From: an uncultured archaeon
Lineage (GTDB): Archaea; Thermoproteota; Bathyarchaeia; Bathyarchaeales; Bathycorpusculaceae
Assembly (NCBI GenBank): GCA_963810275.1
Contig: CAWENF010000002.1
Location: 128,001 to 192,000, forward strand
Length of the DNA stretch: 64,000 bases
Direction: 5' to 3'
Under the pieces are notes generated by a model. That model did not search any database. It was not told where the DNA came from and saw only the letters and a list, made by a program, of their open reading frames with translations. Positions 28,068 to 37,833 of this stretch are shown here, piece after piece; position 1 is the first letter of the stretch; each line of letters starts with the position of its first letter. Position numbers and translations under genes: made by a program.

Positions 28068-30461
28068 CTAAGTTTGATGTTTGAATTTACGTACAAGGTA
28101 AACCTTAGCTAAGTCATTTATCAAAAGAGTGGTTACTAAAGCATACCCCAAAGTTGCAAAAACAACCTCCAAACTTAGGGGCGCAAGCTCTAACACTCCT
28201 AAGAAAGAAATAACGATGACAACCAATATCTCCGCTAACAGGGTAATGGTTAGAGCCGAGCTTGGTTTTGACTTCCAGAAATGATTTCGTTCACGAAGTA
28301 TCAGTATAGTAAATATGCCTGCGAAGTTCAAGTAAGCAAATCCAAAAGTGTAGATTTTCCCCATATCACCCATAAGCCCAAAGTAGGATAATGCAGGCAC
28401 AGCAAATATTGCACCTTCAACGGTCATAAGTAAACCCAAAGCGGTCCCTGTAGCAAATAGAGTACGGAAGTTGAATCTATCTGGCTTAAGAGAAGCTCGA
28501 ACGTTGTCTGTCGACATCGACATTGTGGCGAAGTCTGCTAAAAAAAGAATCAACAGAGTGCTGGTCAACGAAAGCATCAAAGAATGCGTAGCAAAAAGCA
28601 TCACAATTAGGAAAAAGCCAATATGCATTTTTCTTGTTACCATCTGCAGTGTCCAACTGTAGACTCGCTGGTAGATAGCGCGGGATGTCTTAATCATGGG
28701 TATTATTCCACTTAGCCCTTCAGTCGTTAAGACCACACTCGCCGAATCTTTAGCTATGTCTGTACCATTTTTTACAGCAATACCCACTTCTGCTTGAGCC
28801 AATGCCGGTGCGTCGTTAACTCCATCGCCAGTCATCCCGACAACGTGCTTGCCATCCTGGAGGGTTCTTACAATATTGAACTTGTCTTCAGGATAGACTT
28901 GAGCTATGCCTTGGCTATTTTCAATCATTGAGTGGAAAGGTGCACTTTGCGTTTCGTGCATACTCGCCATTGTTTTTACATTTACACCCAGACCCACTTG
29001 TAGGGAAATGCTTTTAGCTACATGAATCGAATCGCCCGTCAGCATTTTCACATTGACCCCTAAATCAAGAATTTGTTTTAGTGCCAATGGGGAATCTTCT
29101 CGTATCCTGTCAGCTATACCTACAAGGCCAACTAATTGCAGACTGTCTCTATCCTTACCCTTGGCAACGGCTAGTACTCGTAATCCCTTCTCTGAGAAGT
29201 CTTCGACATTTTTCATTAAATCATTCGATAGATCTTCCTCTATTCTGCAGGCAGTGCACATAGAATTAAGAGAACCCTTTGCAACATGGAACGTTTCACT
29301 TGAGGTGTGGATTAGAGCTTGGGTCATTCTTGTTTTTGGATCAAAAGGAACAAATTCGAATTGAATATGAGAATCAGTGTGTAACTTTGCTCTTGACGCT
29401 GCATCTAGAAATGCCAGATCGATAGGGTCTTGGTTTGCATCCTTGGATGCAAGTGCTCCATAAAACAAAACATCTTCTCTACTAAAGCCATTAAGAGGTT
29501 TACAGTCTTCTAAAAACAATTTATTCATTGTTATTGTGCCAGTTTTATCTACGCATAATACGTCTACAGTAGCTGCATCCTCACTTGCGCTTAGTCGAGT
29601 GACTAGCACTCCTTGCTTTGCAAGCGCCAATGATCCAAGCGCCATGTTAATAGTGAACATTGTTGGCATGGCTACTGGCACAATAGCTATCAATAGAACA
29701 ATTGCAAGGGGTAGGATTATGGCTAGTTCAAAGCCTGTAAGACCAGCGTAAACGAAAACTATTAACAAGCAAGACATCACTATGAGGGCCAGATATCTCG
29801 CTACTTTTAATGCGACTTCTTCCATGTGAAGTTTGGGTTTAGCGAGGTCAAGTAGAGAAATTGTTTTTCCAAAGTAGGTGTTTTTGCCTGTTGCTGTAAC
29901 TATACCTGTAGCTTCACCTCTCTTGATTGAGGATCCCGAAAAAGCTTCTTCGCCTATTGATTTATCTACTATGCCTGATTCGCCGGTTAGAGTTGATTGG
30001 TCTAAACCAATAGTACCTTCGACAATTTTTGTGTCTGCAGCGAGAAGGTCACCTATTCTTATTCTGATGAGGTCGCCTTGAACGAGTTCTCTGGCAGGTA
30101 TTGTTATCCATTGCCCGTCTCTTTTTACTCTGCTGTCGATATGCAACTTTTGCCTTAGTGTAGCCATTGCAGTTTTTGCTTTGCCTTCACGCCACTGGGA
30201 CATAACTGCATTGAAGATAAGGAGCGCTACTATGACGGCTGCTTCGGCATATTTGCCTAAAAGTATTGTTAAAATAATTGTTATCTCAAGCATCCAAGGG
30301 ACTATGCCCCAAAAACGCTTGCCAAGCGTAGCCCAGAAATTAGTGGTTTTTTCTGGAACTTCGTTATATCCATGCTCATCAAGTCTTTTCTTAGCTTCCG
30401 AGGTACTCAAACCATTTTCTAGGCTGGTTTTATCAATAGCAGTTAACTCTTCATGAGTCAA
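28068..30461 (-). CDS. P-type ATPase, P3A proton-efflux type
   Basis: TGES, IVPVAMP, DKTGTIT, DPID, MTGDGVNDAPAL. Confidence 0.93.
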   Translation of the reverse strand: MTHEELTAIDKTSLENGLSTSEAKKRLDEHGYNEVPEKTTNFWATLGKRFWGIVPWMLEITIILTILLGKYAEAAVIVALLIFNAVMSQWREGKAKTAMATLRQKLHIDSRVKRDGQWITIPARELVQGDLIRIRIGDLLAADTKIVEGTIGLDQSTLTGESGIVDKSIGEEAFSGSSIKRGEATGIVTATGKNTYFGKTISLLDLAKPKLHMEEVALKVARYLALIVMSCLLIVFVYAGLTGFELAIILPLAIVLLIAIVPVAMPTMFTINMALGSLALAKQGVLVTRLSASEDAATVDVLCVDKTGTITMNKLFLEDCKPLNGFSREDVLFYGALASKDANQDPIDLAFLDAASRAKLHTDSHIQFEFVPFDPKTRMTQALIHTSSETFHVAKGSLNSMCTACRIEEDLSNDLMKNVEDFSEKGLRVLAVAKGKDRDSLQLVGLVGIADRIREDSPLALKQILDLGVNVKMLTGDSIHVAKSISLQVGLGVNVKTMASMHETQSAPFHSMIENSQGIAQVYPEDKFNIVRTLQDGKHVVGMTGDGVNDAPALAQAEVGIAVKNGTDIAKDSASVVLTTEGLSGIIPMIKTSRAIYQRVYSWTLQMVTRKMHIGFFLIVMLFATHSLMLSLTSTLLILFLADFATMSMSTDNVRASLKPDRFNFRTLFATGTALGLLMTVEGAIFAVPALSYFGLMGDMGKIYTFGFAYLNFAGIFTILILRERNHFWKSKPSSALTITLLAEILVVIVISFLGVLELAPLSLEVVFATLGYALVTTLLINDLAKVYLVRKFKHQT

Positions 30462-30652
30462 TTAACTAACCCAAAAAATGAGAAGTTGTGCTCAAGTGAA
30501 GGCCTTTTCAGTTTTTGTATTTAGTGAGTATCGTATGTGTCCAAATATAAGCGTTTTATAAGAAAATGCGTCTTGGACTGTTAGGTGTTCTTGGCAGGGT
30601 GAAACACAATTTTTCGAATTCCAAGCTTAAAAAATGTGAAAAGAAAAAGAGA

Positions 30653-31501
30653 TTAGAGGTTATGTGCAATTACCAAGCGCCAATCAGTGTTGTAGATGCC
30701 TATAGTTGTCCAGTAGGCTTCTTTGTTAACTAAAGGTCTAGAAGGTGAAAGGTCATCAAAGTACGAGTAAGTGCCATATCCTGATTTGGTGTCTAAAACT
30801 TTGTGAATGAAAGTCTGAAGTTCTGTATAGCCTTGATATTCTTCATCGGTGAAGATGTTTTTGCCTTGCTCCTCATTGTTAGCATCGTAAATTAGCGTGC
30901 TGTTACCTTGCAAGGCATAGATAGTATAGATGCCTTGTGCTTGATCTTTCACGATTGGATGAATGAGTTGGTAGGGTTTGAAAACGATGCTCATTGAACC
31001 AATTAATTGTTGGTTGGCATCAAAAACCGGTGAAACCATAACTACCCCGGGAAAGCCTTCAACTAATGATATAAGATTGCTTAGTGCTGGTCGCATTGTT
31101 TTATGCATCTCGACGTATTGCTCTTGGTCCTTTACGTTTTGACCAATTATGTTGTTGTATGTGTTGGGTTGGGCTGCAATTAAAAAGTCATTTTTGTCTG
31201 CTGTTGCGGCACTTACGATTATCTCTGAGTTTTCTGTGTAGATGTCATTTAAGATTTCGTCGGCTCCTGAACCTGTTAAGCCTGTCGTAGATAACTTTTG
31301 GCAGGCATCTGCTAGGAGTCCATCTAGTCTTAGCAGTTCAGCGTTGATACTTGCTTGTGAATTAATGAGGATGGAGCCCATTTCTTCTTTTTTGCTTTGT
31401 TCTGAAACAGAGAGAGTTGTTGTCCATTGGTAGGCGTTTAATGCCAATGATATACTCATGATAACGATTAGAATTGCAATCAATATCTTAGTTTTAGTCA
31501 T
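30653..31501 (-). CDS. Membrane-anchored Cache-domain ligand-binding protein
   Basis: N-terminal TM; P.LS....VEG..GV....PVFD; GYGTYSY; W.LV; no output domain. Confidence 0.75.
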   Translation of the reverse strand: MTKTKILIAILIVIMSISLALNAYQWTTTLSVSEQSKKEEMGSILINSQASINAELLRLDGLLADACQKLSTTGLTGSGADEILNDIYTENSEIIVSAATADKNDFLIAAQPNTYNNIIGQNVKDQEQYVEMHKTMRPALSNLISLVEGFPGVVMVSPVFDANQQLIGSMSIVFKPYQLIHPIVKDQAQGIYTIYALQGNSTLIYDANNEEQGKNIFTDEEYQGYTELQTFIHKVLDTKSGYGTYSYFDDLSPSRPLVNKEAYWTTIGIYNTDWRLVIAHNL

Positions 31502-31592
31502 AGATTATCGCTGATTCCTTTGTTTAGGTTAGGTTTTAAGCCTTGTGATATCGTGTTTTTTCTTGTACATGATTCGATAAACTGGTTTTCGG

Positions 31593-32327
31593 TTATTTTG
31601 CGATGGTAAGTAAATGAGCTACCAGTTCTTTTGGGGCAGATAAGAATGGCGAGTGACTAGTGTTTAAAGAAAGGACTTTTTGGCAAGGAAAAGCGGTGTA
31701 CATCTTTTTTTGCATAGAAAGTGATATTGCCCTATCCTGTAGGCATTGAATGTAAACCCTTGGTATCCGTCCAAAGTTTTCTTGAGTGATATGCATAGGC
31801 GTTGCCAGGGGAGCTATGGCTTGAGAGCAAAGAAGTGACTTAGCCATGGAGATGTCTTTTGCTGAGCAATCTGCATAAAAGTTCGCTTTAACGCCTTCTG
31901 GTTTAATGACTGCAAAGGTTTTATCATCGGAATAGATTGTGTTATTGGGTGTTAGAGATTCTGGATCTTGGTCGCGTAACATTAAGCGTGATTGACCATT
32001 TTGCAGTAGAAATGCAGTCAAGTACACGAGGACCTTGATTTTATCTGGCCTATACTCAGCTGCCTGAGTTATACCAAGACCGCCTAAACTGTGTCCGACA
32101 AGGATTACGGCTTCTGGCTGAGTATCTAAAACCTTGCATATTTTTTGAGCGTAACCATCCAGAGTAACTTCGGGTATTGGCGTTTTATCCTTCCCAGAAC
32201 CAGGCAGGTCAATTGCTATAGCCCTGTGCCCTTCTTTTTTTAGAAGAGAAACAACTTTGTCCCAGCACCAAGCGCCATGATAAGCTCCATGAATTAAAAT
32301 AAAAATAGCCAAGAAATTCTTTTCCAT
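31593..32327 (-). CDS. Alpha/beta hydrolase (methylesterase-like)
   Basis: LIHGAYHGAWCW, GHSLGG nucleophile, QDRAI Asp, SHSPFLS His. Confidence 0.92.
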   Translation of the reverse strand: MEKNFLAIFILIHGAYHGAWCWDKVVSLLKKEGHRAIAIDLPGSGKDKTPIPEVTLDGYAQKICKVLDTQPEAVILVGHSLGGLGITQAAEYRPDKIKVLVYLTAFLLQNGQSRLMLRDQDPESLTPNNTIYSDDKTFAVIKPEGVKANFYADCSAKDISMAKSLLCSQAIAPLATPMHITQENFGRIPRVYIQCLQDRAISLSMQKKMYTAFPCQKVLSLNTSHSPFLSAPKELVAHLLTIAK

Positions 32328-32483
32328 CTTTGTTTATTCGACTCGGATTTGATTTCTAACACTTGCTTGATCATCAATCAAAGTCAAATATATGGAATAA
32401 GATTAAGCTTCTAAACTTTTTGCAGCACTTGTATATACAAGCGGTAATAAGATGCGACAGCATTTTAAGAATGAGGCTTTTCT

Positions 32484-33968
32484 ATGAAAACAGGCACTCA
32501 AAAAGATTTCACTGAAGAGACGCTTGATCCAGCCGACTGGAACAAGCTTCGAGAACTTGGACATCGAATGCTGGACAGCGCTTTTGACTACACAGAAAAC
32601 ATACGAACCCAGAAAACCATTCCATTAAGTCCCCAAGCTATCAAGGAAATCTGTGTTCCGCTCTCTGAGGAAGGTGAAGGCGAAGAAAGAGTTTTCGAAA
32701 TTTACCAACGTAGTATTCTACCCTACACTTTAGCTATAGCTTCTCCTAAACTTTGGGGAGCCGTGGTTGGACAGGGCTCGCCTTATGGTATGTTGGTGGA
32801 GATGCTTCGGGCAGGTATTAATGGAGCCCAAGAATTCTCTTTTGCTGAAGCAAAGGTTAACCTGCAAGTTATAGAATGGATTAAAGAGTTACTCGGTTAC
32901 CCCAAACAAGCAGGTGGCGTGCTTACCAGCGGCGGTTCGGAAGCTAACTTTACCGGTTTGGCTGTTGCGCGAAATTCAAAAGCAGAGGGCGATGTTAAAG
33001 CAGATGGTGTTCAGGCCCTCAAGCATAAAATGACTCTTTATTGCAGCGAAGAAACTCACAGGTGCTTAGAACGCTCTGTGGAGTTGCTTGGATTAGGTAA
33101 TAAGGCGCTTAGAAATATCCCCACGGATGAGAACTATAAAATTCAACCAGATTTGCTTAAGAAAGCAATAAAAAATGATCGCAGCAACGGGTATCAACCC
33201 TTCTGCATCATTGGTTGTGCTGGAACCACCAACACAGGTGCATTTGATGACCTTAATGTATTAGCTGATTTAGCCGATGATGAAGATATGTGGTTTCACA
33301 TTGATGGAGCTTTTGGGGCATGGGTTAAAATTAGCGATAGTCACCATCGACTTGTAGAGGGTATGGAGCGGGCGGACTCGTTAGCTGTGGATTTTCATAA
33401 ATGGATGAATATGCCCTATAACGTAGGCTGCACACTTATCAAAGATAGAAAAGCGCATTTTAGCACATTTGCCTACGGTCATGAAGCCGAGTACATCAAG
33501 TCAGCATTTGAGTTAAGCGAAGACCAGTTGACTAACCCCCATAATCTCGCATTGCCCCTCTCACGCAATTTTAGCAGCCTTAAAGTTTACATGCTTCTTC
33601 GAGCATATGGCAAAAACAGGTATCGTCACCTTATCCAAAAGAATCTTGATCAAAGCCGGTACCTGGCGGATCTGATTCTTGCTGACGAAGAGTTAGAGCT
33701 TACTGCGCCAGTTGTGTCTAATGTGGTTTGCTTCCGTTTTAAACACGCTGCTTTTAGTGAAGTTGAAAAAGAGCATGTAAATAGGAAAATAATGGATGAC
33801 ATCAACAGAAACGCTTTTTGGATGATTTCTGACACTAAAGTTAAAGGCATTTACATGCTTCGTGCATGTATCGTGAATCATCGCACAAAAAAGAAAGATT
33901 TAGAATTATTGGTTGACGAAATAAAAACGCTAGGCAAAAAGCACATGCTACGCAATTCAACCAGATAG
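32484..33968 (+). CDS. Group II PLP-dependent amino acid decarboxylase (aromatic-L-amino-acid type)
   Basis: SGGSEAN, AGTTNTGAFD, WFHIDGAFG, ADSLAVDFHKW (PLP lysine), LRACIVNHRT. Confidence 0.92.
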   Translation: MKTGTQKDFTEETLDPADWNKLRELGHRMLDSAFDYTENIRTQKTIPLSPQAIKEICVPLSEEGEGEERVFEIYQRSILPYTLAIASPKLWGAVVGQGSPYGMLVEMLRAGINGAQEFSFAEAKVNLQVIEWIKELLGYPKQAGGVLTSGGSEANFTGLAVARNSKAEGDVKADGVQALKHKMTLYCSEETHRCLERSVELLGLGNKALRNIPTDENYKIQPDLLKKAIKNDRSNGYQPFCIIGCAGTTNTGAFDDLNVLADLADDEDMWFHIDGAFGAWVKISDSHHRLVEGMERADSLAVDFHKWMNMPYNVGCTLIKDRKAHFSTFAYGHEAEYIKSAFELSEDQLTNPHNLALPLSRNFSSLKVYMLLRAYGKNRYRHLIQKNLDQSRYLADLILADEELELTAPVVSNVVCFRFKHAAFSEVEKEHVNRKIMDDINRNAFWMISDTKVKGIYMLRACIVNHRTKKKDLELLVDEIKTLGKKHMLRNSTR

Positions 33969-34234
33969 AGACAGTACCGGGAGTTAATCTTTCGCTATTT
34001 ACTAATTGTACTCTTCGCGCCCCATTGATTTAACCTACTGAAAACAGATTAATCATGAATATGCGTTGAAATCAACTTATTTAAACGAGTATAAACAGTA
34101 AATTGACTCATTCAGAGAGGATGAACGATTATGAACGATTAAAATTTTTCATCTTATATTTTTCTTTTGAAAGGGTTTAAATACGTGTTTCCAACACAGA
34201 AATGCAAGGTAAATTATAAAGGAGAATAAAAAAG

Positions 34235-36866
34235 TTGAATACAAAAAAAACTATTTCAATTCTGCTTATAGTCGCGTTCTTAGCTTCAACAATTGCGGTA
34301 GTAAATGTACCGACAGTAAACGCACAAGAAACACCAACAATGAAGACTTATCCAATCGTCGACGCTATCCCTAACCCAGTCGGTGTTGGACAAGAGACAC
34401 TGCTCAAATGCGGCATCTCAGAAGCCGCTCCCTCAGCATCCTACGGCTGGACAGGAATCACAATCACCGTCGTAATACCCTGATGGACACGAAGAAACTC
34501 TTGGCCCATTCACAACAGACTCCACAGGCTCAACCTACACAACATACGTACCAGACCAAGTAGGCAACTACACCATAACAACAAACTTCCCCAACAACAC
34601 ATACCCAGAAACAGCCCAGCCAATGGGTAGACCTGCACCTATACTAAAAGGCACCATAATGCTTGAAAGCTCCATATCAATGACACTAGAAGTTATCGAA
34701 TCCGCAGAAACACAATTCTATCCTGGCCATCCACTTCCAACAGAGTACTGGAGTCGACCAATCGACCCACAACTCAGAGAATGGTACAGCATCTCAGGCA
34801 ACTGGGTAGAACGAGGACCAAACTCGATTGCATTGTTCCAAGATAATGCTCCTGAGACTCCCCACGTATTGTGGGCTAGTCAATACGAGCAAGGCGGCAT
34901 ATCAGGCGGCGTATACGACGACAATATCATCGCAGACATGTACGCAGGAGACGCATACGAAGGCAGATTCAACAAACTCAGTAGTAATCAATGGAGTACT
35001 ATACTACAACACCCAAGGAAACGGCCTATACGCACAAACCAGCATACCCGGAGTCCAAGCAATCGATCTCCACACAGGCGAAAAACTCTTCTTCATAAAC
35101 GGCACATTCCTAAACTTTGGCCAAACAATGTACTTCCCAAGCTACAACGTAAACGGCGTATGGAACTACCTCTGGTCAACAAGCGGTAGCACTTATACAG
35201 CATACAGCACAAACGATGGCTCATTCCAGTTCCAGTTCTACAACGTACCTTCAGGCACTAGAGTCTGGGGTCCAAACGGAGAAATCCTCATCTACCAAAT
35301 CGACTACAGAAACGGTTGGATGGCACTCTGGAACTCAACACTAGCAGGACAACAAAACGACATCATCGGCACACCAACTTATGGTAGCTGGTCCTTCGGT
35401 GTCTTAGGACTTGGTCCTGGCGGTTCACGCGTAACAAACCCAACTAACGATATAGGTCAGCAGGTAAATTCAGGTTATCCAGTGTCACGACATTTAGATG
35501 GTTCACTTGACAAATGCTACTCATGGAACGTCACCATACCCACAGGCTTAAGCGCAAACTATCTTAGAGTCTACCAAGGCGATAGAATCGTCGGTATGGC
35601 CTTCAACCAAACCGAAGTTCGTCTTTGGGGTCTACCAATTGACAGCATGACCGCAACACGCAATGCATCCGTAAACGAACAATCACTCTCAAAAATATTC
35701 GACAAAACCTGGAAAGCACCAGCTGAGTGGCTCGAAGGAAATAACTTCATTTACTACACTGGCGCATCAGACTACGTCACAGATGACACCTACGGCGACG
35801 GCGTAATGGCAGTATTTGATAAAGAATTAACAACCCACTACGGCTTTAGCCTTGTCGACGGATCATACCTATGGACAACTCACTCTGAAAACTATCTTGA
35901 CCTATACGGTGCTGGCGCTATGGAACACACATGGTACTTTGCTTACGGCCATCTCTACTCAGTTGGTCTAGCAGGCATCATGTACGCATACGACCTCCAA
36001 ACTGGCCAAGTTGACTGGACCTACACACTAAACGACCCTACAACGAACCAGTCACTGGTGAAAACTGGTGGGGCTGGATCGACCTAATCGCTGATGGCAA
36101 AATCTACATCGGAACACTAGAACACTCCGCAAACAGCCCAATGCCAAGAGGCGCACCATACGCATGTGTTAACGCAACCGACGGCAGCCAAATCTTCCGC
36201 ATAAACGGATTGATGCGTGAGACTCGTTGGGGCGGAAACCCAGTTATCGGTGATGGCATTATCGCAGGCTACGATACATACGACGGCATGGTCTATGCAA
36301 TGGGCAAAGGACCAAGCAAAACAACTGTAACAGCTCCAAACCTTGGCGCAGCTCCAGGACAAAGCATAGTGATTTCAGGCAAAGTTACTGATGTCTCACC
36401 AGGCATGACAACGGACCCACGCATTACTATGCGCTTCCCAGACGGTGTTCCAGCAGTATCTGATGACAGTCAAAGCCAACACATGCTCTACATCTGGAAA
36501 CAATTTGAGATGCCAACCAACTCAAGTGGTGTCCCAGTGACAATCTCAGTTGTCGATGCTAACGGAAACTTCCGTGAAATCGGAACCGCTACAACCGACA
36601 GCTCAGGCAGTTACACCTTAAGCTGGATGCCCGACATTTCAGGTAAATACAGTGTAGTAGCAACATTCGCAGGCTCGGAAGCATACTATGGATCATACGC
36701 CCAAACAGGTTTCGTCGTTGACGAAGCACCATCAACAACAACACAACCCACACCGCAACCAGAATCTCCAGCAGACATGTATATCTTGCCAATGTCAATC
36801 GCCATAATCGTCGTTATCATCATTGTCGGCATAGTCCTACTGCTTGCCATAAGAAAACGTCCATAA
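34235..36866 (+). CDS. PQQ-like beta-propeller surface protein (three frameshifts near 34480, 34975, 36040)
   Basis: Four consecutive ORF pieces rebuild the same architecture as 11507-14089 (PNPVGVGQ, PLPTEYWSRPI, RFPDGVPAVSD, TM-RKRP). Confidence 0.85.
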
Positions 36867-37317
36867 AATAAAAAACAACGGGATCTTACAATCCCTCCCT
36901 CTTTATTTTTTTGTATAAGCAACAGAGTGCTGTAAAGCATAATTTTTTGCATTTTATCTTTTTAAACTCATAATTTCGGAAACCCCTAAAAAGCCAATTA
37001 ATTACTGTTTAAGCCTTATCCGTTGAATTTTGGTTTAAACAAATGTGTTAAAACATTTTTTATTTGAAGAATACCAATTGCTTACCAGTTTGGAGTCGGT
37101 AGAGTTTGTCAGAACAACGTAGTAATCAGTCAGATTTTAGTTTTGAGTTAGAGGGATTAAGCACAAAGTTTGCGGAAATAAAGGAAGCAATGAAGAACAG
37201 TAGCTAAGCTTCCCAACTTTTTTCTTAAATACCCAAAAATATTTTGTTTTTTTTGCCATTAGGATGCTTTAGGGTAAGTTACTATACTTCACTCATTAAC
37301 TCATCTTTGAAAGGGAT

Positions 37318-37456
37318 GGGTTTGCTGGGACTTCTGCGCAAGATTTAAGGAGAAAAAGGAAAGAATAAGAGCAACACTTGCAAATGTACAATTAGCAGAA
37401 GCCCTCTCAGCCCCCGACCTCTCTTTTGAAAAAGGAAAGGAAGATAGATTTTTCAT
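37318..37456. repeat. Copy B of dispersed non-coding element
   Basis: 32-bp core CTTCTGCGCAAGATTTAAGGAGAAAAAGGAAA (37331-37362) is identical to 37696-37727; similarity continues for about 90 bp. Confidence 0.85.
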
Positions 37457-37682
37457 AGGTTTCACTTTAGGGTTTTTTGCATATAAAGAGGACGCACAAC
37501 ATGTGCGTAAATTATATATGTCGATTTGTTTTACCCCAACTAAGGATAACTAACTGGCATTGCCTCGATTCTCATTCAACACTTTTTTCAAGTGACCGTT
37601 TGCTTTTTTCCAGACTATCTAGTGATGTTTTGTAGGGCAGCCAATCTTGAGAAAAAGTCAGCATTCATTGGAAGAGATTTTA

Positions 37683-37820
37683 GGGTTTGCTGAGGCTTCT
37701 GCGCAAGATTTAAGGAGAAAAAGGAAAATGAGACAACACAATGAACCATTAACAGAAGCAATCTCAGCCCATAATCTCTGGCCGATGAAACAAAAAAAGA
37801 AAAAGAGGATAGATTTTCAG
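37683..37820. repeat. Copy C of dispersed non-coding element, directly 3' of PQQ gene
   Basis: Direct repeat of 37318-37456. Confidence 0.85.
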
Positions 37821-37833
37821 TTTGTTTTGGTTT

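Noticed and set aside
37318-37820. Direct repeats as attL/attR or IS ends
   Set aside because: Only 365 bp apart, enclose no gene, lie far from the virion cluster, and a third copy is tied to another PQQ gene
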